A stretch of DNA of 64,000 nt from assembly GCA_022711395.1 (NCBI GenBank), contig JAKLFA010000004.1, positions 70,361 through 134,360 on the forward strand, in the 5' to 3' direction. Made by a program: the position numbers and the translations under genes. Below, one piece after another: positions 35,996 through 45,073 of this stretch. Below the pieces are notes generated by a model. The model searched no databases, was not told the DNA's origin, and was given only the letters and a program-made list of their open reading frames with translations. Position 1 is the stretch's first letter, and every line of letters begins with the position of its first letter. Source of the stretch: Candidatus Omnitrophota bacterium. Its GTDB lineage: Bacteria > Omnitrophota > Gorgyraeia > Zapsychrales > JANLHA01.

Positions 35996-36021
35996 GATGT
36001 CCTCACATGATGAACAGAAAA

Positions 36022-36042
36022 TGTTAACAAGGCGTTAACATC
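36022..36042. promoter_or_regulatory. Perfect inverted repeat ATGTTAAC-aaggc-GTTAACAT in the 5' leader of the XRE-CBM48 regulator gene; candidate autoregulatory operator.
   Basis: Exact 8-bp arms, located 27-47 bp upstream of the preferred start codon and downstream of the putative promoter. Confidence 0.4.
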
Positions 36043-36089
36043 GTGAAAATTTTCAAGAAATAAAAATTAAAAACAAACCGCACTATCAA

Positions 36090-36117
36090 ATTGTATACAT
36101 TTTGTTGACTTTGTCAA
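36090..36117 (-). promoter_or_regulatory. Putative sigma70-type promoter for the XRE-CBM48 gene (-35 TTGACA, 16-bp spacer, -10 TACAAT). The -35 lies within a TTGAC-ttt-GTCAA palindrome that also gives a TTGACT hexamer facing the divergent GT-C gene.
   Basis: Read on the minus strand: TTGACAAAGTCAACAAAATGTATACAAT. The palindrome spans 36105..36117 on the plus strand. Confidence 0.3.
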
Positions 36118-36231
36118 TAAATTTAAAATGACCTGTCTGCTATAACCTTCAAAATTTAAAATGTTTAAGAGAAATGTTGATTTTCTTTTTAATACATGTT
36201 ATCTTCATGAAAGTTTAAAAAATCCCGACCA

Positions 36232-37668
36232 ATGAAAAAAGATCTCTTTCAAAAAATTCTGACAATTCTGATCTTATCCCTCTTATGCGTATCCGCTTTT
36301 TGGATCCGGTTTGAAAATTTTCAACGCTCCCCGAATGTGACCATTGATGAAATGGTTTATGCGCGAATGGGCGCTCAAATGGCTGAAAACCCGTTCGATT
36401 ATAATACATTAGATTATGGACAAGATCTCGCTCAAGGAGGCCGGGACCTTCCTGATTACTTTTTTGAACCGCTTTTCAAGCACCCGCCTCTTTTTTCTGC
36501 ACTGATCGCCATTTCCTTCAAAATCAAAGGAAGCGAATTCAAAAACTCCATTTATCCAGCTCTTTGGGCAGGAGTTTTATCCATCCTCGTCATTTATTTT
36601 CTTGGCAGCATCCTCTATTCAAGGGCCACAGGACTATTGGCCGCCCTCCTGCTGTGGCTGGACCCTATCAGCGTGGTTTGTTCACAAAAGGTCTGGATGG
36701 ATCCTCTAATCGCTTTTTTTGTCCTTTTAGCCGTCACCTGCCTGGCCTACGCCGTTAAAAACGAAAAACCATGGTTTTTTGTTTGGGCCGGCCTTGCCGC
36801 AGGAAGCGCAATGAACACAAAATATACAGGGATTTTGGTCATCTTCATTGGGCTGGCTTACGCCTTGCTCTATGAACGCTCCCTTTTTAAAATACGGCGT
36901 TTCCGCATCGGAATGATCCTGCCCGTGCTAATGCTAACCCCTTGGTTTTTGTGGAACGGGGCCGTGTATGGAACGGACCACCTTTTCGACATTCTCCGAA
37001 ACCATTTAGAACTTCAAACGATCGTTCAAATCATCCTGCAAAATATGTTCTTGTTCACATTCCTACTATCCCTGCTGCTGGCAGCTCAGATCTTGTTAAA
37101 AAATTTTTACAGGCCATCCCGGCCCCAGGCCCCGCAACAATCATTATTAAAAAACACCGGCTCCTGGCTAGAATCTTTTAGCTGCGTTTTGATCATCATA
37201 ATCCTGGCGGGCTGGTTCAAGGAATATATCCTCCGCAGCCTGAATTTTTTTGATATTCCCATGGGCACATGGTACCAGGGTGTTTTTTCTCAGGAACCAC
37301 CCAAATTTTATATCGGAAGGCTCATAGAATTCTGCGCGCTTTATACATTCGGCATCGTCTCCTTACTGACCTTTCATCAAAAAACGCCCAAAGAAGAAGC
37401 GCTTGTCCGGTTATCAGCAGGGATCATTCTGGTATTTTTTATCTTGTGGGGAAACTTCCAATCCCGCTACATCCTCTCAGCGGTCCCGTTCGTAGTCCTT
37501 TTAACATCGGATTTCCTGATCAAAGCGCTCCGCTGGATGGAAACACAGCCGTTCATCCTAAGGGTCTTTGAAAAGCCGCTGTTCATCGTTTTCATTCTTT
37601 ACGCGATCTCTAAAACCGCCATGATCAATATACATTTCGCTTTTCCAAATGACATGTGCTATTTTTAA
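36232..37668 (+). CDS. GT-C superfamily membrane glycosyltransferase (ArnT/PMT/GT39/GT83-like; polyprenyl-phosphate-sugar dependent).
   Basis: 478 aa with about 11-13 TM helices. An N-terminal periplasmic-loop D-E motif (TIDEMVYARMG) is present, and the size and architecture fit the dolichyl/undecaprenyl-phosphate-sugar transferases. Confidence 0.65.
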   Translation: MKKDLFQKILTILILSLLCVSAFWIRFENFQRSPNVTIDEMVYARMGAQMAENPFDYNTLDYGQDLAQGGRDLPDYFFEPLFKHPPLFSALIAISFKIKGSEFKNSIYPALWAGVLSILVIYFLGSILYSRATGLLAALLLWLDPISVVCSQKVWMDPLIAFFVLLAVTCLAYAVKNEKPWFFVWAGLAAGSAMNTKYTGILVIFIGLAYALLYERSLFKIRRFRIGMILPVLMLTPWFLWNGAVYGTDHLFDILRNHLELQTIVQIILQNMFLFTFLLSLLLAAQILLKNFYRPSRPQAPQQSLLKNTGSWLESFSCVLIIIILAGWFKEYILRSLNFFDIPMGTWYQGVFSQEPPKFYIGRLIEFCALYTFGIVSLLTFHQKTPKEEALVRLSAGIILVFFILWGNFQSRYILSAVPFVVLLTSDFLIKALRWMETQPFILRVFEKPLFIVFILYAISKTAMINIHFAFPNDMCYF

Positions 37669-37671
37669 TCT

Positions 37672-38628
37672 ATGAAGCGCCATAAACACCTCCGTTTTTT
37701 ATTGATCATTCTTGTTTTTCTCCTGGCATTCATTTGGATCAATGAACTTTATGCTCTCTATGCAAAGACCATTATTTACAGCCGCACTCTAAACTATCCT
37801 TCCAAGGGAACACAAGAATTCTCCGTCATCGTCCTTCCGGACACACAAAATTATGTGAAAAACCCGGAAAATGAGCATGTTTTTGAACGGCAGGCCAAGT
37901 GGATCATCCAAAACAAGGAACCGCTGAATATAAAATTTGTTATTCATGTAGGAGATATCGTCAGCACATGGGACTCGGAGACCCAATGGCAGGCCGCAGA
38001 CAGGGTCCTATCCCTTCTCGATGCCCATCAGATCCCTTATAGCGTCGCAGCCGGAAATCATGAACATCAAACGACCGACACTCACAGCGAAACAACAGGG
38101 TTTGACCGATATTTCGGCGTGGAACGTTTTAAAGAGAAACCCTGGTGGGGCGGCAATTACAATCGGAGCACCAACAGCTATTTTTTATTGACCATCAATG
38201 AGGAAGGCTACATCTTTTTGAATCTGGATTGGTGCCCATCAGCAGATGAGATCCAGTGGGCCAGGGATGTGTTGATCAATCAATACCCTGACCGCAAAGC
38301 GATCCTGACCACACACGGCTATCTCAATGACCTCGCCGCGAGCAGACAAGGAATCTCGCGCTGCGGGTCCACAGAGTACATTTTTGATAACTTGATCCGC
38401 CATGTCCCGAACCTGCAGATCGTCTTAAGCGGGCATGAGCACTCCGAGGATGGAGAAGCTTTCCGGATCGATAAAACCATCTCAGGCGATCCGGTATACC
38501 AGATCATGATCGATTATCAAAGTGAACCCAACGGAGGCAACGGCTGGCTGAAGATCCTGAGATTTGTGCCCCGTAAAGACAAGATCTATCTTAAAACCTA
38601 TTCGCCGTTTTTAAACAAAGCCCGCTGA
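37672..38628 (+). CDS. Calcineurin-like metallophosphoesterase with N-terminal membrane anchor/signal.
   Basis: Metallophosphoesterase motifs are present: GDIV (VIHVGDIVSTWD), GNHE (AAGNHEHQ) and GHEH (VLSGHEHSEDGEAFR). A 3-nt gap separates it from the GT-C gene. Confidence 0.7.
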   Translation: MKRHKHLRFLLIILVFLLAFIWINELYALYAKTIIYSRTLNYPSKGTQEFSVIVLPDTQNYVKNPENEHVFERQAKWIIQNKEPLNIKFVIHVGDIVSTWDSETQWQAADRVLSLLDAHQIPYSVAAGNHEHQTTDTHSETTGFDRYFGVERFKEKPWWGGNYNRSTNSYFLLTINEEGYIFLNLDWCPSADEIQWARDVLINQYPDRKAILTTHGYLNDLAASRQGISRCGSTEYIFDNLIRHVPNLQIVLSGHEHSEDGEAFRIDKTISGDPVYQIMIDYQSEPNGGNGWLKILRFVPRKDKIYLKTYSPFLNKAR

Positions 38629-38744
38629 GAAGCGTGCTGAAATAAAAAATCCGGAAACCCACTTACTTCTTCCGATACAGCCCCATACGCGCTATTGCGA
38701 ACACCAAAAAACAAAGGCCATGAACTCTCCGTCCGTCCCAAGTT

Positions 38745-39503
38745 CTAAAAACCCTTCTTTTTTTCAAACATGATCAAAGTCGCGCCGCCGCCACCGGGGC
38801 TCCAAACGGACGTTGAAACTTCCTCAACGCGAATGCATTCTTTTTCAATTCCCAAATCACCCAACAACCTCACGTAATCACGCTTCCAATTCCCGGGAGG
38901 GCAAAAGATCCCCGTCCCCCGCGGATCGTTCTTCAGATCCTCCCCCTGCATTTCCATTAAGATCACATGCTTTTTCGCGACACGGACGATCTCCTTTAAA
39001 ACCGGAACGATCTTTTTAGGAGAAATATAGATGAGTGTGGCCCTGGAAAAAATCACATCAAAAGAGTCTGACGGGAAATCTTCCAACGATTCAATCCGCT
39101 TCTGGACAAACTCCACGTTCTCTATCCCTGAACTTTTGAAAAAATCATTCCCGATCTTAATTGCCCTTGAACTAACATCGATCCCCGTAATTTTTATCTG
39201 AGGATATAGTTTGGCGATATTAAACAACCGGTTACCGCAGCCGCAGCCCAATTCAAGAAAGTTTTCGAATTGGATCGCCTCCAGGACCCCGGCGATATAA
39301 CGGTCCGCATCATCACCGATGGTCCCAAAGTATTCCTCAATTTGCTTCCCGCTTTTCATGGACCAGCAATGCTCCAAAAAACCAAAATGCCTGTCAGCCC
39401 AAGCCATCATGGGATACAAAAGACTTTTGATTTTTGCTTTCCCTCCATCAACCATATCGCCATTCCTCCTGAATGCGATACACCACGACCCGCTGCTATG
39501 CAC
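38745..39503 (-). CDS. Class I SAM-dependent methyltransferase.
   Basis: Motif I is LELGCGCGNRL, with an acidic post-I residue (ITGIDVS) and motif II (DVIFSRATLIYI). The true start may be an internal Met. Confidence 0.65.
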   Translation of the reverse strand: MHSSGSWCIAFRRNGDMVDGGKAKIKSLLYPMMAWADRHFGFLEHCWSMKSGKQIEEYFGTIGDDADRYIAGVLEAIQFENFLELGCGCGNRLFNIAKLYPQIKITGIDVSSRAIKIGNDFFKSSGIENVEFVQKRIESLEDFPSDSFDVIFSRATLIYISPKKIVPVLKEIVRVAKKHVILMEMQGEDLKNDPRGTGIFCPPGNWKRDYVRLLGDLGIEKECIRVEEVSTSVWSPGGGGATLIMFEKKKGF

Positions 39504-40983
39504 AAGGTCTTTTTTGAATCTTAAACCGTTCTCTCAATAAATTTTTATACTGCTCGGGCACCGCCCCCTTTATGTACCAAGCAAAAACACTATAACATAC
39601 CAGCCCAAGAAATGACCTTGCCACCAAAGACACAAACTCATTGCGAAATGTCAGCCATCGGCAAACAGTAAAAATTACCGATGCGCCCATGATTAGAACA
39701 CAAACAGCTTTAAAATCGTAGTTGATCCTATGACGTCTCTGGACCACCCAATAAAGAAGAGCCGTCAAAAACACGTTCGAAAGCGCCGTCGCGAATGCGG
39801 CCCCGCGCACGCCAAATTTGAAGATCAAAAAATAATTCAAAACAACGTTTATAAACGCCGCGTAAACGGAACAGATCGCCATGATCCCTGTTTTTTTTAA
39901 CATCAAAATCACATAAAGAACCGGCAAGGTTAAATAATAAAAAAAATTGGAAAGGGTCAAATAGAAGATCGAATGAACTGATTCGATGTATTCCGGCTGG
40001 CTGCCGAAATAGCGGATCAATATGCGAAGAATGTCTTCCGAGGCCAGCGATATAATGATCAAAAAGGCGCATCCCGCCACAACGAGAAGGCTCAGTAAAT
40101 TCTTAAACATCTCGTCGGTTTGCTCGCGGGTTTTTTGGGCAATGTAAGCGAAGATCACGGGTGGCAAAAGCAAGTTCACGGGACGAAAAACGAACATATT
40201 GAATATCTTTGAGAACATTTCCGCCGTTGAATAAATGCCGACATAAAACCGGCCCAACATAAAATTAATCATCAATTTATCTGTGGATTGCAACGACCAA
40301 ACCGTAAAACTTGTAATGATGAACGGCGCTCCAAGTTTTAGCAGCATCGCCATCTGAGAAATTTTCAGTTCAAAAGACATATAGCGCAGGGTCATCATGT
40401 ATAAGACCGCGTTGACCACGATCATTGCAATAACGGACGATTCGAAATATCCCACGATCCCCCGCCTTAGAACAACTATAAATAAATATTTTAACGCGAA
40501 ATCCACGGCCAGCCTGACAATTGACAAAAGGACGTATGCGTTGGCCCTCTTTTCCATGCGAAGAATGTTAAAAGGAATATCAACGATCAAAAGAAGCGGA
40601 ATGAGGAGCCCAACCATCTGGACTTCACGGACATAAACATCTGAGGAAAAAAATGTCGCAGAGATCTCGCCCGCGTAAAACAAAACCGGGGCCGCACAAA
40701 CAACAGAGCTGATGCAGTACCAAAAAAAGACATTGCCAGACAGCGCCCCCCTGTCTCGTCCCTCCGCCTCATTAAAATACTGGCTTTGGATCGAATTGAT
40801 CAACCCGCAGCTGATGAAGGTAGAGACCAGCGTCACGCCGACCAGAAGGACATTGATGACCCCGTAATCCGCCGGAGAAAACTGGTTTAAGAATAACGGA
40901 AGAAAAAGAAAGTTAATGGCCGATTGGACAACATTCCCAAAGCCGTATACCAAAAAACGCCTGAATTCTTTTATGATCAGCAT
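39496..40983 (-). CDS. Polysaccharide biosynthesis protein / oligosaccharide flippase (Wzx-like, MOP superfamily).
   Basis: 495 aa with about 12-14 TM helices and the typical flippase N-terminus (MLIIKEFRRFLVYGFGNVVQSAINFLFLPLF). It sits inside the glycan gene cluster. Confidence 0.7.
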   Translation of the reverse strand: MLIIKEFRRFLVYGFGNVVQSAINFLFLPLFLNQFSPADYGVINVLLVGVTLVSTFISCGLINSIQSQYFNEAEGRDRGALSGNVFFWYCISSVVCAAPVLFYAGEISATFFSSDVYVREVQMVGLLIPLLLIVDIPFNILRMEKRANAYVLLSIVRLAVDFALKYLFIVVLRRGIVGYFESSVIAMIVVNAVLYMMTLRYMSFELKISQMAMLLKLGAPFIITSFTVWSLQSTDKLMINFMLGRFYVGIYSTAEMFSKIFNMFVFRPVNLLLPPVIFAYIAQKTREQTDEMFKNLLSLLVVAGCAFLIIISLASEDILRILIRYFGSQPEYIESVHSIFYLTLSNFFYYLTLPVLYVILMLKKTGIMAICSVYAAFINVVLNYFLIFKFGVRGAAFATALSNVFLTALLYWVVQRRHRINYDFKAVCVLIMGASVIFTVCRWLTFRNEFVSLVARSFLGLVCYSVFAWYIKGAVPEQYKNLLRERFKIQKRPCA

Positions 40984-41066
40984 AACTGTTTTGGCCGCCC
41001 CACCGAAAATCCGGCCTATGGCCCTTTAATACAACCGTTGAAAAATTATCCCGCTCTTTCAACACG

Positions 41067-42077
41067 CTATAACTTGAAATTGACGATCTGCTCATAACGA
41101 GCGTTGCCTCTCTTTAAAAGAAGCAAATTGATGTGATACATTTTTTTCTCTCGATACTTCGCCAAAATTTCATCCGCGCTGTTTATTTTCTTGAGAAAAT
41201 TTTCTGTGCTTTTCTCAGAATCATAGTCATCCGAGATTTCAAACATTTCAAACCCAAACTCCGCAGTGAGCTGAACTAAAAGCCGCTCAGGAGAATTCCC
41301 CATTTTTTCAATCAAAAGAGGAAAGAACTCCATGATGATCTTGGTATTCCGGCATCCTTTTAAAGTTTCTTTCATGCCGTTGATCGCCAAAAATTCCGCC
41401 CCCTCCACGTCAATCTTTATTAAATCAACCTCCGAAATGTTCTGCTCCCTTAAAAACGCATCAATTGATATTGTCGGGACGTCAACTGCAGTGATCCGCT
41501 CTTTGTCAAATTTTGCATTGGTCTCATAGGAAGTGATCCCTTCGGACTGCCTAATCGTGTGATGGCCGGTATCATAAGGACAAATATACAAGGTCGTTTT
41601 TCCATCCTTGTCCGAAGCTGCTTTCTGAAAAGGGTTCATCTGCGTGTATCCATTAAGCTCTTTATTCTTTACAAGACAGGAAAAGTTTCTCGGTTCCGGC
41701 TCAAAAGAAAAGACTTTACCGCTCGGCCCGACGATCTTGGCGGCGAGCAAGCTGAAATAGCCGATGTTCGCCCCCAGATCAAGATAAGTCTGGCCCCGCT
41801 GAAGAAGCTCTCGTTCGATCATCCATGTCGTATGCTGTTCATGGATCCGGTTGGCCGCGTAAATCCGAAAAGTTTTTCTCAGGTCACGGTCTGGTTCGTT
41901 CACGTTCAGATACATCTTGCTGCCATTGATCTCCAGAACTTTCGGCTTAAAATAAAAGATCCAGGGAAAAACGTATTTAAAATAATGATAACTCTCCACA
42001 AGATACGGCACTTTTTCCAAAAACATTCTTAATTTTGATTTGGTCTCCATTATCCCTCCTTCAACAAAAAAGTTCAT
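41067..42077 (-). CDS. FkbM-family methyltransferase.
   Basis: The FkbM-type SAM motif is YLDLGANIGYFSLLAAKIVGPSGKVFSFEPEP. The protein is 336 aa. Confidence 0.65.
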   Translation of the reverse strand: MNFFVEGGIMETKSKLRMFLEKVPYLVESYHYFKYVFPWIFYFKPKVLEINGSKMYLNVNEPDRDLRKTFRIYAANRIHEQHTTWMIERELLQRGQTYLDLGANIGYFSLLAAKIVGPSGKVFSFEPEPRNFSCLVKNKELNGYTQMNPFQKAASDKDGKTTLYICPYDTGHHTIRQSEGITSYETNAKFDKERITAVDVPTISIDAFLREQNISEVDLIKIDVEGAEFLAINGMKETLKGCRNTKIIMEFFPLLIEKMGNSPERLLVQLTAEFGFEMFEISDDYDSEKSTENFLKKINSADEILAKYREKKMYHINLLLLKRGNARYEQIVNFKL

Positions 42078-42092
42078 TCCGGCATTCTGGTA

Positions 42093-43208
42093 TCATCCCT
42101 GTATGATTTTTTCATAAAGGGCCTCTGTTTTTTCCATCTCTTTGTAATAATTGTTACGCTCTTCGATGACCCTCCTTCCGGCTCTGGCAATGTCCTTTGC
42201 ATAAGCCGGGTCCTTAAGCAAATCAACCACTTTTTGGGCCAATTCACGATGATCGCTCAAAGGAAACAAAAATCCACTGACCCCATTCTCAACCCACTTC
42301 CCATTCTCTCCAAAATCTGTTACAACGACAGGAACCTCACAGGCCATTGCCTCAGCCGTGCTGGCGGCCAAACCCCCATCCGAGAGGGACGTTGATACGT
42401 ATACATCCGCAGAAGCCACGACCTTTTGCATTGCTTCATCGGAAAGGCCTTCCAAGAACCTTACCTTTTCTGTTATTCCGAGCTCTTGCACGAGTTGAAC
42501 AAGTTTTGGCTTTTCTTCGCCTCTCCCTACGGCAACAAAACGCGCACTTCCATATTCACGTAAAATTTCAGGAATGGATAAAATAAACGTTCGAACATCA
42601 TAGATGGGCTTCAGTGCCCGCAAACTCAACACAATGGAAACACCCTCTTCAAATCCCAGTTCTTTCCAGATGGAACGGTCTTTCCGGTCCGGGTGAAATT
42701 TACGCACATCCGTTCCAAAATAAATAAGCTGAACTTTCGCCTGATCCGCCCCCAGCTCAATAAGCTTATCCTTCAAATGACGGGCGTCACAAATAAACAA
42801 GGATCCTTGCGGCAAAAATTTACGAATAAAGCATGAAATGAAAAACTTCTTCGTATTAATGAGAATATCCGAACCCCAGGGCGTAATGACAAGCGGAAAA
42901 GAAAGCCCCCAAAAAAGAAAATAATGCGCAAAACTAACCCAATGAACATGGATAAAATCGGGATTGGTTTTACGAATAAAGCTCCGGGCCCTGCTGATGA
43001 TCGGAACAAAAAACAGACATTTCTTCCAAAACCCCCCAGGCAGTCGTATTGTCATCACATTAACATTCGTAAGCTCAACAGTCTGCTCCTCAAAATTGAG
43101 CACATAAACTTCGTTCGTTCCCTTATCCGCAAAGTATTGGATCCACCGCCTCGAATGAACGCTGTTTAATGGGGCAACAAATAAAATCTTCATCCTCTGA
43201 CCACACAC
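42093..43208 (-). CDS. Glycosyltransferase family 4 (GT-B, retaining).
   Basis: The N-terminal block is MKILFVAPLNSVHSRRWIQY. The C-terminal GT4 E..E region reads STSLSDGGLAASTAEAMACEVPVVVTDFGEN. Confidence 0.75.
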   Translation of the reverse strand: MCGQRMKILFVAPLNSVHSRRWIQYFADKGTNEVYVLNFEEQTVELTNVNVMTIRLPGGFWKKCLFFVPIISRARSFIRKTNPDFIHVHWVSFAHYFLFWGLSFPLVITPWGSDILINTKKFFISCFIRKFLPQGSLFICDARHLKDKLIELGADQAKVQLIYFGTDVRKFHPDRKDRSIWKELGFEEGVSIVLSLRALKPIYDVRTFILSIPEILREYGSARFVAVGRGEEKPKLVQLVQELGITEKVRFLEGLSDEAMQKVVASADVYVSTSLSDGGLAASTAEAMACEVPVVVTDFGENGKWVENGVSGFLFPLSDHRELAQKVVDLLKDPAYAKDIARAGRRVIEERNNYYKEMEKTEALYEKIIQG

Positions 43209-43222
43209 TTTCTAATTCACCG

Positions 43223-43942
43223 TTATGATTTCAAAAACTCGTTCCTTCTCTTCTCAAACTCCTGGTTCGCACTTTCAAAATCAGCATGCTGGCCAATATC
43301 AATCCAAAAATACGGATCTTCTGACCTGTAGGCAAAGATATCTTCACCGTCCTGGATCATCTTTTCCACTAGAATGTTAAAATCCAAACGCTCATTTTGC
43401 GGAATATACTGAAGCGCCCTTCGGTTGTATATATAAACACCCATATTATCCTGAAATGTATAGGTCGGCTTCTCAATGAATTCCTTCACGCGATCTTGCC
43501 CGTCAATTTCGAGGATCCCCAGGCTCATCTTGATTTTTTTCTGACCGGCGGCAATGCTCAAAGAAGATTTTTTCTGCTTGTGGAACAAAAAGAAATCCTG
43601 AAAATTCAGCGTCGTAAGAATGTCTCCGTTAATAACAAGAAAATCATCTTCCAATCCATCAATCAATGAGAGCGCCCCGGCGGTGCCGAGCGGCTTGCTT
43701 TCGAGCACATAACGGATGTTCACATCTTTTGGGACCCTCGAATCATTCTTCAGATACACTTCGATCAAATTCCCTAAATACCCAAGGCAAATGACCACGT
43801 CTTTAAAATTGTAATACGCCAACTGCTGAATGATCGTTTCAATGATCGGCTGCCCTCCGACAGGCAACATCGGCTTGGGGAACACCAGCGTGTACGGCGC
43901 CAATCGCGTTCCCTGGCCTCCGGCTAATATAACGGCTTGCAT
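43223..43942 (-). CDS. Sugar-phosphate nucleotidyltransferase (NDP-sugar pyrophosphorylase).
   Basis: The N-terminal MQAVILAGGQGTRLAPYT (GxGxRL) signature is present. The protein is 239 aa with no hexapeptide tail. Confidence 0.75.
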   Translation of the reverse strand: MQAVILAGGQGTRLAPYTLVFPKPMLPVGGQPIIETIIQQLAYYNFKDVVICLGYLGNLIEVYLKNDSRVPKDVNIRYVLESKPLGTAGALSLIDGLEDDFLVINGDILTTLNFQDFFLFHKQKKSSLSIAAGQKKIKMSLGILEIDGQDRVKEFIEKPTYTFQDNMGVYIYNRRALQYIPQNERLDFNILVEKMIQDGEDIFAYRSEDPYFWIDIGQHADFESANQEFEKRRNEFLKS

Positions 43943-43956
43943 CGTCTACCTCACTT

Positions 43957-45060
43957 TCAATGAAAAAATTTCGTTAATGCATCAATCACGTACCCCACCT
44001 CATCTTCTGACAAGGCAGGATGCATTGGGAGCGAAAGCACTTCGCGGGAAATCGCCTCAGTGTTCGGCAAACTGAAATGTGTCAACCCCAAAGCCCGATG
44101 GTGATGTGTCGGTTTTGGCCATGAGATCAGGGTTCCGATCTGTTTATCATTAAGATATTTGACCAATTCATCCCGCCGTTGAGTTCGTATGACATAATTC
44201 TGGTAGACGTCATAATGCCCCTCCTCCACCGGCGGCGGAGGCAGCACCAAGCCGGGCAGGGAAGAAAGCCCATGATGATACGTAGCGGCAATCTTTCTTC
44301 GGTTCGCAACGATCTCCGGCAGATGCTTCATCATGACGGTTAAAACAGCTGCCTGAAGATTATCCAGACGGCTGTTCCATCCCCAAAAAAGGATCTCTCC
44401 TTTCGCCCTATCCTGGCCATTATCTCGCATGCACTTTAATCGGTAATTCAATTCTGGATCGCTTGTCGTTATGGCCCCACCATCTCCAAAACACCCGATA
44501 ACCTTAAACGGATAAAAACTGTTCGTTGAAAGTGCGCCCATTGATCCTGATTTCTTCCCGTTAAACATCGCGCCGATCGCTTGAGCAGAGTCTTCAATAA
44601 TGAACAATCGATGCTTTGCAGCCAACTCCTGCACCCGATCCATCCGGCATACACGGCCGTTAAGATGCACGACAATGATCGCCTTGGTTTTTCGGCTAAT
44701 CGCACGCTCCAAACAATCAACATCCATATTGTAATCATCCGCAACATCCACAAGGACCGGCGTCGCGCCAGCATGAACGATCGAGGCGACCGTCGCAACA
44801 AACGTATGGGAAACCGTAATGACTTCATCCCCGGGACCGATCCCAAGGACCTTTAAAGCCATATTAAGCGCGTCACTCCCATTGGCTACACCGATCGCGT
44901 GTGGAACCCCCGTAAATTCAGCGAACGCATTCTCAAAATCGATCAAATCCTGACGCATAATAAAATCAGCCCGCTGGAAAATGACGCCCTCCAGGACCCC
45001 TCTGATCTCTTGTTCATAACCACTGATCTGCCTTGGCAGATCGACAAAAGGAACCTTCAT
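43957..45060 (-). CDS. DegT/DnrJ/EryC1/StrS-family PLP-dependent sugar aminotransferase (copy 1).
   Basis: The family fold is clear (GVANGSDALNMALK, GDEVITVSHTFVATV, AIIVVHLNGRVC, IIEDSAQAIGA). The PLP Lys lies in FYPFKVIGCFGDGG. Confidence 0.85.
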   Translation of the reverse strand: MKVPFVDLPRQISGYEQEIRGVLEGVIFQRADFIMRQDLIDFENAFAEFTGVPHAIGVANGSDALNMALKVLGIGPGDEVITVSHTFVATVASIVHAGATPVLVDVADDYNMDVDCLERAISRKTKAIIVVHLNGRVCRMDRVQELAAKHRLFIIEDSAQAIGAMFNGKKSGSMGALSTNSFYPFKVIGCFGDGGAITTSDPELNYRLKCMRDNGQDRAKGEILFWGWNSRLDNLQAAVLTVMMKHLPEIVANRRKIAATYHHGLSSLPGLVLPPPPVEEGHYDVYQNYVIRTQRRDELVKYLNDKQIGTLISWPKPTHHHRALGLTHFSLPNTEAISREVLSLPMHPALSEDEVGYVIDALTKFFH

Positions 45061-45073
45061 AGAATCACCTTTC

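Noticed and set aside
35996-36030. XRE-CBM48 start at 36030 (track ORF).
   Set aside because: Met13 at 35995 is preceded by a GAGGA RBS at ideal spacing. The longer form would also place the palindromic operator inside the coding region.
38629-38744. Possible terminator after the metallophosphoesterase gene.
   Set aside because: Only a weak GCTG...GCTG pairing without a following T-run, which is not convincing.
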